From Lama guanicoe (taxonomy: Eukaryota): a DNA stretch of 64,000 nucleotides. The stretch covers positions 7,525,027 through 7,589,026 of the forward strand of contig MU053652.1 of the NCBI GenBank assembly GCA_013239625.1. Direction: 5' to 3'. Under the pieces are notes generated by a model that saw only the letters and a program-made list of their open reading frames with translations, made no database searches and was not told the DNA's origin. Both the position numbers and the translations under genes were made by a program. Positions 13,575-25,878 of the stretch are shown here, in pieces (positions within the stretch are counted from its first letter, which is position 1; every line of letters starts with the position of its first letter).

Positions 13575-14392
13575 CCACATTGAATCTTAAAACCTGGGAG
13601 TCATCCTTGATTTCCTCCTCCCTTTCAACTTCCAGTACAATAAATCAACAAGTCCTTCAGCTTCTAAATCCTACCCATCTCTCGTCCCATTTCCTCCCTT
13701 AAGCTCCCAATACTATAATGCGGGCACTGCTCCTCCATCGCAGGACTCCTGCCACAGCCTCCTAATGAGTCTTTCTGTCTCCAGTAGTGTGTCCTCAAAC
13801 CATTCGCTGTACAAATTTAGGAATAATTTATTCAGAATTTATTTCTGACCATATTATTCCTCTGCTGCAAAAACAATGCAGTAACCCTCACTGCTCACAG
13901 ATAAAGTGTCCAGCACCCTTTGCTGGCATACAAAACCCTCTAAAATTGGTCCTGTTTGTCTCAGTCTTATTTCTTCCCACTCTCAGCTCACACTCTAATC
14001 CAAAAAACAAATAAATAATCAAATAACTTCAAATTAATGAAACTCTTTGCACTCTACACCCTATCAGTTTAAAACTCAGCATTCCTCACTATCTAAAATA
14101 CTTCTACTCACCTCCAACTCCACAATTATTTTTAAAGACTTGACTTTAAAGATGTCAGTTTCTCAGGTAGACTTTTCTGGGGCCCAAGTACTGAAAAGGT
14201 TTGCCTCTGCTGGCTTCCTTTACTATTTTGTGGGTAGTACCATTACCAAAACTTCCACATAATGTTTTGTCTCTCCTCTTCATTTGTAACATCCTGGAGA
14301 CCAGAGACCCTGTCTTATTCATCTTTGTGTCTCTATGGCAGAATACAGTACCCAAGAAATGAAAGGTGCTCAATGAATTTGAATGGATGAAA
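13575..14392 (+). mobile_element. L2 LINE 3' portion
   Basis: aaacctgggagtcatccttgatttcctcct…ctcctgccacagcctcctaatgagtct…ttgtaacatcctggagaccagagacc…ggtgctcaatgaatttgaatggatgaa. Confidence 0.85.
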
Positions 14393-16207
14393 AGCAAAAT
14401 GTGATGTTCAACGGTACAGATGAAATCAGAATGATGAAGAATTTAAGAGAGAGAGAAATGAATTGTGAATGGTGTCGTGAAGTCAGTAGTATTTGAAGTG
14501 GATCTTGAAAAATACGTAAGACTTGGAAAGGCCCTGTGATATAAGATGAAGGGGGGTTGCATTTCAGAAGAGCAATTTAATGAGTCGTGACCAAAGCTCA
14601 AAGAGCTTCAATGCAAGAATGCATCCAAAATTAAACTAATGAAGGAGATCTTGGTAGAACAAATGAGAACAAAATATTCCTTAACTCCTGACATGGACGA
14701 TGGGTCTCAGAGGATAATCAAGAGGACCTAATTAGCTGAGCCAAAGGATGCCTTCATGGTTGAAAAAGAAACACCATCTTTTGCATTAGTGGAGGACACA
14801 CAAGTAAGGATGCCAAAATTAAAAAAAAAAAAAGCTTTCTAGAAGAAAGGATTTTTTTTCAGTGCAAATAAAAATATGGTAAATAGGAGTAATGTTGGTT
14901 ATATTTTTGTGTCGGTAAATTGCTGTGTGAATAGAAAGAATTGTGCGTCGATGACTGAAAAACTAGTATTAAAAATGGAGACATTAGGAACTGGGAAACG
15001 CTGGTCAGTCAGTAATTTATTGAGCCGCTTCTCTTTTAATTACTGTAGAAGATACAACCGAAGCAGAAAAGATCCTTTACCTTAAAAAGCCTAAAACTCA
15101 ATGAAAGGCCATAGGTAAGCCTAAAAATAGAAGTCATAAATACATAACAGAGTCCAACACGTTGAATGTACAGTTATAATTAAAAAAAAAAAAAGTCTAC
15201 CCCAGAGCAGGCATAGTCGATCTACATATGAATGTTAAGTGGAAGGAAGGAATTCTTTGTGGAACTACTACCTCTGGCAAAGGTACCCACGTTCTGTCAA
15301 GTGTGATAGACTCACAGGATGGCAAGGATGCCAGGAGGGCTAAAGGGCGGGTCTGTGACGGGGCTAGTCAGTCAGTTGTGGTGATGAGAGTATCAGGGAG
15401 AAACCGGAAGACTGAGATGATGTGGATAAGATGTGAAGGTGTTATAAACTTTTGAAAAAGGAAACCACATGAAAAAACTGCCACTTTCCTTTCCCACTGT
15501 ATAGGCGTATCTGGGCTGTACATATAAATGAAAAACAGATAGTTCACACAGCGTTGTGTGTGAAATAGCTGTGGGTTCATTTCTTGAATCCTCTTGCTCT
15601 CTTTCTATATCATTCCTCATCTTCCCTACAAATAAGCATGTGTGCACACTCTTGCACGCTCATATTTTTTCAACCCTTTATGTTTTCAATTGGCTTTCCT
15701 TATAATAATTTTTGTAAAACCATTGTGGATTTTGCTCCTAGGGATTTTTCTTTATGCATCTATTCTTATAGTATTTAATGATTTCTAAATCCCTGTCGAG
15801 GTTGTGTCTTTCCGCCCCTCTTCTATCTTCACCTGTAGTGTTTAAATACCATTAGGGGAACCATCAGATTTTAAATCTTTCAATAGGCTTTGCAGCTTAT
15901 TTATTCCTACCATTTCCATTCCAATCAAACAGTGTTTTTAAACAATATGCAAAATTAAAAATAATCAAAGATGTCCTTTTCTAGAATGTTATTCAGATAA
16001 GGCTATGAAATCATAATGATTCCTGCAGTTTATATATCCCACAAAAAAGGAGTACTGAATCTTAAAAAAACCTCTTAGAAACACTTTTAAAAAAATATTC
16101 AAAAAAAGCTATCTTGTGTGATGTATATGATACAAACTTTCAGGAAAGCATTCAGACAGATAAGGATATTTTGTTTAATTCACATGTTCAAAAGGGTATT
16201 TGGTTCA

Positions 16208-16329
16208 CAAAAGGAAAGACGAACAGGAGGAAGAAGAGGAGAGGAAGGAGGAGGAAGGGAGGGAGGGAGGAATAAAGGAAGGAAAAGAGGAGAAAAGGGG
16301 AAAGGAAGAAGAGAGACTGGAGAGGAAGG
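16208..16329. repeat. Polypurine (GA-rich) low-complexity tract
   Basis: About 120 bp almost entirely A/G. Confidence 0.85.
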
Positions 16330-17080
16330 TCTACTGAAAAACAGTGAACCTGATGATTTGGTTAAATGACTACATGTAAACAGCAAAATAGCATAAGATG
16401 GAGGATAACTGTAACAGAAAGCTTCAGGAAAAAATTAAACTAAAAGTTATAGCAGGCTGAAAAACAAATAAACCTGCGTGGGACTTGTAGTATCTGATGC
16501 ATTTTGGTGTGGGTGGGTTCAGTGAAAATACACTGAGCAGGGCGGCAGCAGGTGGGAGGTTAACAGATTGATTTAGGAAGAAGAATAGAAGAATACAGGA
16601 TAAATTAAAAGCCTCGCCTCTCACTTGCTGACTTTAATAAAGTCTGAATGTTCTGAAGAAACCCCGTCTCCCATACCTCTCCGCATTCCGTAAGTCCATG
16701 CTTCCCATCCTAGAATAACCTGATCTCAGTTTCCTCCCCTTTTACTCCAGGAGACTTGCAGGACTGTGGTCCGGTCTGTCTTCCTCACTAGCCATGCGCT
16801 TCACCTCCATTTATCTCTGAAAGGGTACAAGCAGTGTTGAGCCGTTTTTCTTTCACTTAGGCCCGGTGTACCGTTTGCCAGGAGCTTTACTCTTGAGACT
16901 AGGAGGATGGATGAAAATTACATTACAGCTTTCTTAAAAGTCCTCAGCAGCACATCTGGAATAAGCAAGTGATTGGAAATAGACAGTACGCTTTGAAGGA
17001 AATGACTTACGTTTCTCTTGAAAGGTTCTGCTACATGAACGGGGTACAAATGCCTTAGAGAAGCAGAGAAGGACCCAGAG

Positions 17081-17503
17081 AGATCATCGGGAGTGATAAC
17101 AGCCCCCAAAGGTTAATTCATGCAGAAGGGCTGGAAAACATCACATTTTGCAATGTCAGTTTCTATTATGTTATATACTGAATCATGTCAAAATATAGCA
17201 CAATCAGATAAAACTCCAAGCTTCAAATTATTTAAATAATTCTTCAACTCCAGATCATTCTAAGACCTCTCAGTAACCATCCTACTCTCATGGCAGATCA
17301 TCGGGTAACAGCCCCCAAAGGTTAATTCATGCAGAAGGGCTGGAAAACATCACATTTTGCAATGTCAGTTTCTATTATGTTATATACTGAATCATGTCAA
17401 AATATAGCACAATCAGATAAAACTCCAAGCTTCAAATTATTTAAATAATTCTTCAACTCCAGATCATTCTAAGACCTCTCAGTAACCATCCTACTCTCAT
17501 GGC
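17081..17503. repeat. Direct tandem duplication (214 bp + 209 bp)
   Basis: 17097-17294 identical to 17306-17503 (198 bp); both preceded by AGATCATCGGG; copy 2 lacks AGTGA. Confidence 0.97.
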
Positions 17504-18245
17504 TTTCTACCCTCTTTCTTTTAGAAGTCTCGGAATATATCCATTTCGAAACATCAGTTTATTTTTTGTAAGAAAGTACAAAATGATCCTTCGACCTCAT
17601 TTAACATAGGAGAAATCTGAATCACAAGGAAATTAAATGCTTTTATCTGGCTACAGCAAAAGGTCACCAGATGAAGAAAGACAATGTGAGGGTCTGACCT
17701 CTTTCTAGGGATTATAAAGTTCATGCACCAGTAAAGAGACTAGGAAATTTCCACGAGCATACCGGGAAGGCAAATTCTGAGTGAAGCTCTGCTAGAGTTG
17801 ATCTCTCATTTTTGCTCCAAACTTGTTTTCTCATCCACTTTAGGATGTACATCTGACTTTTAGGACATATTGAGAAAATAAATATATATTTCCCCAAAGT
17901 CAATAATTCCTAAACCTTTGGAGCTATAACACCCTAGCATTGATTTTTCTGACTTTCTGTATCTTCTTAAAGTCCTGCCTTGATGATCTTTAAAAAAAAA
18001 AAAGTGTCATCTTTTTGCTAGGATTCTAGGATTAAGCAAAATTATTCTGCAGTTTAAATTATTTCCCCCAGGGCATGAGAATATATTAATTCATTCTCTG
18101 TCTTTTTCTCTCTCTTCCTTACTTCTTCCTAATACTTTTGTTTTACTGTTCTTCTTCTTCTTGTTCCTCATGCCCTGAAACCACAATTGTAAACAGTTTA
18201 TTTTTAGATTTGAAACAGATTGATGTTAGTGGTATTTTGTGTGAC

Positions 18246-18512
18246 AGGCAGCAGTGTGTAGTGGTTAACCTCATGCATTCTGGAGGCAGCCTGGCTACGT
18301 TTGATTCCCTGTTTCCCCACTTATTAGCTGGGTAACACAGGCAAGGCTTGCATAAGGGAGGCCTTATGCAGCCTCCTCGTCTAGAAAATGGATATAATAC
18401 TAGCACCAACCTCACAGGATTGTGTTAGAGACGACATCAGTTCAGATACAGAAAGTGCTTAGGGTGGTGCCTGGCATATGTTATTCACGGTGTAAGTGTT
18501 AGTTATGGCTGT
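18246..18512 (+). mobile_element. Near full-length MIR SINE
   Basis: gtagtggttaa…ttctggaggcagcctgg…acttattagctgggtaac…tctagaaaatggatataatactagcaccaacctcacaggattgt…aaagtgcttag…gtgcctggcata. Confidence 0.85.
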
Positions 18513-20540
18513 TTTTATTCCACTAGTCCATCACCTCGCTAAACGGTTAGGAGTGGATCAGAAGGTCAAAGCTGCTTATGGTCATCTTGCATCTTCAAGC
18601 CAGTCACAGAATGATGCCCTACCAGATTCTAACCCACACAAGTCTGACACCTTGACACACGGATTCTTTGGCAACCAATGGCATGTACATGGTCTTGGCT
18701 CATCTGAAGACCCCTTGTTGATTTTGCATCTGGACATAGTGGGCCAACATTGTATGATGTACAAGGTGTCACTAAAGCCTGCAGGGGATCCTTCGATTGT
18801 AGGAAAATGACGGGTTTCATTGTTCCTATGGGGGAGCAGGTGCAGGGACCAAATGACTTAACTCTTCCAAGTGAGTAACATCCTAATTTAGACTCTACTT
18901 TGGGAAATGAGCTTTCCTGAGCTACATATAATGAAATAAAATCATATTATCGGCAAATGTTTATTGATTCTGCCCTCAGCACTCCTAGACCTTTATTTCT
19001 TCTCTGTGATAGCAAGCATCACTTTCTCCATAAATCATCTACATCAGCAGTGAGTCTTTGTTATCCCTACAAAGTGTGTCTATACTAGGTGCTCTGAATT
19101 TTCTTCTGCATCATTGCTTTAAAATATTTATGTTCCCAGACCACTTTAGAAAGTAATATTTTGATTTTCTTACCCAGTGTCCACTGATGTGCTACATGGA
19201 AAAATAAACTCTTCTTGAATGAGAAAAATATTGTTAACATTGATGAAATTCTAGAGAGGGACTATATGAAGACTATCATCCAGAGCCATGCAAAAAGCTT
19301 AGATTTTTTTATGGTTTAAAATCAAAGGCAGTATCTTTATCATATCCAGAGCAACCTGACGACATTTTCCCCTACATGTAAAACACAATGATAGATGAAA
19401 CTTATATTCTGTGTTTAAGCATTTTTATATGCATAAAAACAAAGTAACAAAAATGATTGTACACAGATAAATTTTACAAAAGCACCCTTTCCCCCATATC
19501 AGTTTGGTGAGCTCTCACCAGGACACAGTATCCTGAACTATTTTGTAAACTTAAGACAGAGACTCTGTAATGGTCAAACTTGTAACTTCAGGAGGAAGTG
19601 CTTGGAATAATGTAGATGCTTAACAAATGCCTATGAAATAAATAAGTGAATAAATATCTAGGTATAATATTTGGTTGTATTTAGCACCATTGCTCTGAAA
19701 TCAGTGCCCTATTACAAATTATAAGCAATGCTTCTATTAGAAGGATGTCATTAAGGATATTTCCCCTAAAATTAAAAACAAAAACTGTTCTTCTTAGCTG
19801 TATTTTCAGCTGATAGTATACTAGGTCATACAGAATTTACTCCCTCATCCAGATCATAGCAAAGCAAAATCCTTCTTTCTTAAGTCTATAATCAATTCTC
19901 ATTTCAAAGAGGTACAAAAGTAATACCCAAGATAAATTGAGAGGAGAGGGGTAGCATAAAAATGCACTACAAGTTAGCTTACGATTTTTAAAAAATTGCT
20001 TTGTCATGAGTCAGAAGCATTTTAGAATCTTTATAAAAAATGATTTGAAACACCTTGACTAATGTTGAGGTTTCCAGTAAGACGACTCTTGTAAATGTGC
20101 CAGTTTAGATGAAAGATGAAAACCGAATAAGAACCACAGGACCAATCATTTGTACCCAGAATTTATAATGATTTCTTGGTTTAAACATGTCCCAGCAGCA
20201 AGGGAATTCATTTGATCAAGAGGAGATACTGTTATCATTTCTAGCAACTCCCTTTATCCTGATGGAAAGAACTATTTTGTATTACAGTGTTAAAATCAAA
20301 TAAACATTTAAATGATGTCATCAAAGTCCAAAGTAATGATAACCGAAAAATAATTTAAGAACCACCACTGTAAATATCTCTCACATCAAGAATATGGGTG
20401 AACAGAATGCATAAGTAAAAGAGTTGGAAGGAAAAGGAATTTGAAACTGGGAACTTCCATAGGCTGATAAAGTTTTAGTTATTTTGAAACACAATCTGCT
20501 AATACTTCTTTTAAAGTTTTTATTTAAAGTTATAGTACTG

Positions 20541-20625
20541 ATACACCAGAAATTAACACAACATTGTAAACTGACTGTACTTCAATTTAAAAAAGAAAAA
20601 GTCTCTAGCTTAAGAAAAAAAAAAG
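20541..20625 (+). mobile_element. Severely 5'-truncated L1 (last ~45 nt) with two A-tails, flanked by TSD
   Basis: tacaccagaaattaacacaacattgtaaactgact matches the L1 ends near 35470-35510 and 62190-62225; TSD GTTATAGTACTG at 20529-20540 and 20626-20637. Confidence 0.85.
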
Positions 20626-20845
20626 GTTATAGTACTGGGTGTTCTCCATTTTAGGACAACTTGTCACCAGTGGCCTGGATTACATTTTAATTTTAGGAAA
20701 TTTAGTGGTTTATGTTCAGTGTCACATGAAAACAAATACTATTCTAACCATCTCAAGTTATAAGAGGGTCAATGTTTGTTCAAGATAAAAGGAAGAAAGA
20801 CAGAGGAAGAATGAATGTCAAGTCACTCTTCACCTTCATCTAAAG

Positions 20846-21014
20846 CAGTGATCTTAACATAGACTGAATTTTAGAATCACTTAAAGAGTTTTAAAAATTA
20901 CTAAGTACCATCCCTCAAATTCTTATTTAATTGTTGTGGGTGTGACCTGGGCTTTAGAACCTTTCAAAATTCCCCCGAACAATTCCAATGCGCAACCAAC
21001 TTTGAGACCCACTG
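20846..21014. mobile_element. MER5A-like hAT-Charlie MITE
   Basis: Termini cagtgatcttaac…tttgagacccactg; internal ttagaatcac…ttcttatttaattg…cctgggc. Confidence 0.75.
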
Positions 21015-21555
21015 CTCCGAAGAAAGTAGGAAGAACGATGTAAGGGATGACTAATATATTGAAAAGTCTTTAAACAGCAACATTCAGTTGATATGATTAA
21101 TTTGCAATATTCCTTATGAAAAGAATGTGAGCCCAGTTGTCATTCCTCTCATAATGCACATTCATTGGCATTGCTCCACCCATACATACATTTTAAGGGC
21201 TGCTACTAAAAAGTTACTCTGAATTCATAAGTCGTGTATGATGCTGGTGGAATTTTATGATCTAAATCTAGTAAATCACAGACTGAATTTAAAAAGTAAA
21301 TGAAAATCATTTTTCATAATCACATTTATACATTCTAATGTGCAAATTACATATATATATATTCAAAATTTGTAAATATACTTCCTTAAATAGCCCCTAC
21401 TTCCTCTCTAAATGGATTTATCATTAATCACTTAGAGACAATAATGAAAGAAAATTTTAAGCATTTTTTTCACGTGATTCTTTGAATATTTTTTCTCCTT
21501 GAAGTATTTGGATGCCTGATAAAATTAGTTTATTTAGAGATTATTGGGAATTTTA

Positions 21556-21575
21556 CACTGCCCTCTAGTGACGCG
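21556..21575 (-). promoter_or_regulatory. CTCF-like binding motif
   Basis: CTGCCCTCTAGTGA at 21558-21571 (minus strand TCACTAGAGGGCAG), one mismatch to CCASYAGRKGGCRS, next to retained CpGs. Confidence 0.55.
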
Positions 21576-21814
21576 CAAACTCACAAAGGTGGAGGTTTGG
21601 GTGAAGCTGAGCGATTTGCCTGGCCCATCTAAACAAGCAGCCCGTCCATTGCCAGCCCTTTCCAATTGTTTAGAGAAACTCTCATTTTAGTAACGCTTAG
21701 TTTCAATCTCAGTTTCTTCATTCTTTAGAATTCACACTCCTAACAGCGGGTAAATGTCAGCTTACTTTTGAAAAAGATGAAGTTTGAGTTGGATGCACAG
21801 CATTCCTCTGATGG

Positions 21815-21995
21815 ATATATTGAGCACTTGCCATTCTCCAGGCATCATCCTAAGTGCTTTCCATGTACTAATTCAGTTAACATGACACTAGCCTCAGGAG
21901 GCAGGTACCATTGTGTCCTTGTTTAGCCCAAAGTCACATAGTAAATGACCATCAGTCAGGCTGGTTCCAGAGTCTGTGGGCCTAACCATAAGGCT
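21815..21995 (-). mobile_element. MIR fragment
   Basis: tattgagcacttgccattctccaggcatcatcctaagtgctttccatgtactaattcagttaa…cccaaagtcacatagtaa. Confidence 0.7.
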
Positions 21996-22020
21996 ATTCT
22001 CTTAGTCTCCACCTCCCCCA

Positions 22021-22051
<31 letters not shown>

Positions 22052-22080
22052 TACAGCTCCTCTCTCTCTCTCCCACACAC
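22021..22080. repeat. (CA)n microsatellite followed by short (CT)n
   Basis: Direct observation. Confidence 0.95.
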
Positions 22081-24617
22081 ATGCTCACATGTATTGGTCC
22101 ATGACTGCCGCAGGTCACCTTACTGTGGAATTCCGCCTTGGTTTTGCTTTGTACATGGAGTCACCTTGCTGCCTCAGAAACTTACAGTCTTGCAGACTTG
22201 AATAGATTGCTGTGTTTTAGGTTTTTTATTCTTCAATAAGATTCAGGAGATTATACACATTTTGCCATAATTAATATTAGCAATTTGAGCTCTAATCTTA
22301 AAAATAAAAAACCAAGGCCGACTTGATGATATAATTTTAAAGAAGCTCTTTATATACATGAAGGTGGCACATTTTTTTTTCTTTTCTTTTTCTCCAGGAG
22401 AATACAAAATAGGAATGAGATAGAGTTGATTCTAGCAGGACAATGTAAGATATGACTATTTATTTAAAAAAAATCATTCAAGTTAGCTGAATTACTAATT
22501 TTGCAACAAAATATGGCAGTAAAATTGCATATTTCATAGAAACTCTAGGCACCCCTAACAATTGATCAGCATTGGCTTCTGCAGTAGGTGACTGCCTACA
22601 GCTCAGGGAGCTGTGTAAGAAATGTGAGGTGTGTGTGTTGCAGGCTGGGGCAGAGAGGAGATAACATCAGTGCACTGTGTGTTCTGTGATGGTGGAATTT
22701 TGCATGTGTTTATGTTGGGTGGAGATGGGGTTGGATGAGAGAGAGCCCTGTGCCAAACAGAATGTGACTCTGTCATTGACCCAAATAAATAACTAAAAAC
22801 TGTACAATGTTTACAAGAAAAATGATGAAGTGCTAATACTCTCTTGTATTTCAGAGCATAGAGAGTGTTCTAACAATTAGAGAAATAAAAGTTTTCCTGG
22901 AAACGACAGGGTTTGAGCTGAGGCTTACAGAGTTATTATTGTACTGTGTTAGTTGTTTCTAAACTCCATCCCAGCACTCTCACAGCACTCTCACCAACCC
23001 CTGCTTTGCAAACACCTATACAGCAAACGACACAGCAGGATGGAAAATAACCACGATTCTCTAACGTTTGGAGAATGATGCTTTGCTTGAAATTGTCGAC
23101 CACTTGATGGTTCCAATGCTGATTCCTGGGCATCTGTTAATTATGTAAGTGGTATATTTTGAAATGTCTCATCAAGAAAACTTTGGGAAAAGGTATTCTG
23201 TGGAGACAGCAGTCCTGTCCCTAGCAACGACCTTGCCCTCTTTGGGAGAAATAGTCTGTCCAATCATTTCTTCAGGTTACTCAACACCTAACTAACTTCA
23301 GTCACCGACTCCCAGTCATGACCCTTCTGTTTTTGTCATGTCACTAAGATTTTGGAGCATCATGTAAGTAGAGCCAGAAAAATTGCAAGGAAGATATGTA
23401 AATATGAATCTGGCGAGGAATGAGATTTAATATTTTTGAAATACCTCAGTTTGCTTAGTGCTCTGCTCTGTGATGCCAACGCATTTTAATTTAGGCTTTG
23501 TCAGGATACATCCACCATCATCTAAACACTGGGGATGGGAAGATGGATAGGAGATACTGATTTAATGTCTACTGGATTAGTGGGTTCTAGAACTTACGCT
23601 TTCAGTGTCCTTTTGACCACTCCTTGAGGATTAGAACTCCCAGCCTATGGGACAGCTGGTTAACTTCCATTACATACCAGAAACACCCCGGAACCCTAAT
23701 TCATGTGTTCACAGACCCTAGAATGCATTCCTGCTTTCCCACCAGAGGAAAGTGTTCCTGCAGTGTCCCTCAGGAGCAGCTCCAGGCTTACCTGCCCCTC
23801 GTGGAAGCATTCGAGCAGTTCTGGTTGGTCTTTAGAAGCTTTTGGAGGAGCCACAGGTCTTGCCAGAAATGGTTCATAAAGAGCTCCCTGATTTAGAAAT
23901 AAGTCCCATGCATCTACATTGAAAGACAAGGCATGGGTTCCCGAGTTCTAAGAACTTTCCAACAGCAGGTAAGATACTGATGTGGAAGACGAATTTACTG
24001 ATACTTCTGGACTACAAATACCTATCTCTGAGTTGTTTGTGAAGGCAGTATATCCCCCCATAGTGACAGCTTACCTTTGCTTCACTTCCTACAAAGGCTT
24101 TGATAGACCCAATGCGGAGGAGGTGGAGGCGAAAACCTGGAGTAGTCACCCCGGGATAAGATGGAAGTTAGAGGAATTAAACAGGGTTGATACAGGGAAG
24201 AAGCTTTAAGAAAAGTTTCTCAGGAAAAGGGGCTGAGAAAGGTCAAGTCTATCTCTAACCTTTACAAAATGAAGTCCAGTAACAGTGATAAGAAAAATGT
24301 TTATAAGGTTTCTAGTGAACTCGTGCCCTTATTGATTGTTGTGTTTCCTCCTAGTCCCACTAATCAGAAAAAACACAACGTTTTAGAAAATCCATTTACT
24401 TGCTCAGAGGAAGGAGTGGGATGCAAGAGATGGTAAGCTGCATCTTGCTCCTTGATACCGCAGGAGAGAGGTTCAGTTTGAAGACATTTTGATGTCTTCA
24501 TTAAAGAAGAAACCAGGAGCAGATTCTAAGCTCCACTCAGAATGATGATGCAGGGAGAGCTCTTGGCTCCGAAGTGATTTTGGGAAAATGTAGGTCAGTG
24601 GGATCCCTGGGTGATTG

Positions 24618-25088
24618 TGTCAACTGAAATAAATGCGCAGCCTAAAAGTTGAGAGTTATGTCTTATTTGGCAGGAGGACTTGAGCGGGATGACAGCCTCT
24701 CAGATCTCTCTGAGGGACTGCTCCGAAGAGGTAGGGGAGGAGCTAGGATATATAGAAGCTTTACAACAAAGACCAGGTAGTTGGAACAATAGAAGATTAC
24801 TTGTTGTCTAAAGAAAACCAGGCATCTCAAGTTAAAGTGCTTTTCTATGTATGGGAGGAAGCAAACATTTGGGCTCATTGAATTCATTCCTTTGACAAGC
24901 ACCTAGCTATCTAGGGCCAGCATCCTGTCCTTTCTTATTCTGAGTCCCCTCAGGGTGCACCATTGTGAGTGGCTGCAGAGGCTGGGCTGCAGGCTTGTCT
25001 TCACTGGGGGGTGGTGGCAGCCGCTCAAGACTTGATGGCTTCAGCATTCTTTGTTTACTGATATGGTTTGCAATATTTTTTGGTCACA
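24618..25088 (-). mobile_element. ERV1-class solo LTR, 471 bp, relatively young
   Basis: TGT…ACA termini; exact 4-bp TSD ATTG (24614-24617 / 25089-25092). Confidence 0.88.
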
Positions 25089-25535
25089 ATTGTATTCATC
25101 ATGTCTTTTTTCCCTGTTTTTTGATGCTTTGCCATCTTGGGACCTTGCTGACTCTGGAGGGACTGCCCCTCCCAGGATTAGCCATTCCCAGAGATAGTAA
25201 AGGACTTGCCTACAAGTACACCTTTCAGGTGCAAACCAATCAATCCAGAGCCCATCACCAAACCATCTCCTTTATCTTGCTCTTATGACCACTAACCCCC
25301 TTCCTTACTGACTCCAGGCCCAGGTACCAGACAATCAGGGACAGCCCTGTGCCCCAAAGCCCACTGAAACTATTCAAATTAGCGAATCCTAAGCCTGATT
25401 ACACTGCCTTGCCTTTTCCTTCCCCTGAAACCACAAAAAAGGCTCTTGCCCACTCTCTCCGCTCACTCCCTCTGCCTCCTGACTAACCCTGGTGCTTACT
25501 CATGTGCCCTCCTCCTCCATAGTGCTGCATTCCCC

Positions 25536-25878
25536 TTAAAAAGTTTATAAACAGGAACCTCAATTAAATAGAGTTGGGAGACCAGAAGGGGGAGCTCTCA
25601 TGCCCTGCAATGGTAGCAGAGCCCAAGAAGAAAAAGGACTCTTCTTTCCCGGCAAGGACTATGCCAATGAAAAGCCATGGACTCCTTGCTGACCAGAGCC
25701 CTCCCAAATTCCTTCTCCCCTCTATAAAGCATTCTCTTTTCCTTGCCGTGGGGGATTTGCATATGGCCCCTCATAGTTGTAGACTCTGAATTGCAATTCT
25801 CCACGGATCCCAAATAAACCCTTTATTTTTTTTTTTTTCTGGAGAAATATCTGGCAGTCTAGTTGTTTCAGGTCAATA
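25536..25878 (+). mobile_element. ERV1-class solo LTR nested in the MER74-like LTR
   Basis: CCAAT 25664, TATAAA 25723, ATTTGCAT 25755, AATAAA 25813; end gtttcaggtcaata; flanks CCCC/CCCG; host LTR resumes at 25879. Confidence 0.8.

Noticed and set aside
17081..17503. CRISPR-like array or adapter contamination
   Set aside because: Only two long units with no spacers; AGATCATCGGG does not match the Illumina adapter AGATCGGAAGAG
23624..24209. Overlapping ORFs as a possible processed pseudogene or coding exon
   Set aside because: No recognisable homology in the frames I translated, and no polyA or TSD; a TBLASTX search would settle it
24479..24500. 9-bp-arm hairpin TGAAGACAT-TTTG-ATGTCTTCA, and similar 8-bp hairpins near 372, 9026 and 52182
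   Set aside because: Short inverted repeats of this size are expected by chance in 64 kb of AT-rich DNA and are too short for pre-miRNAs
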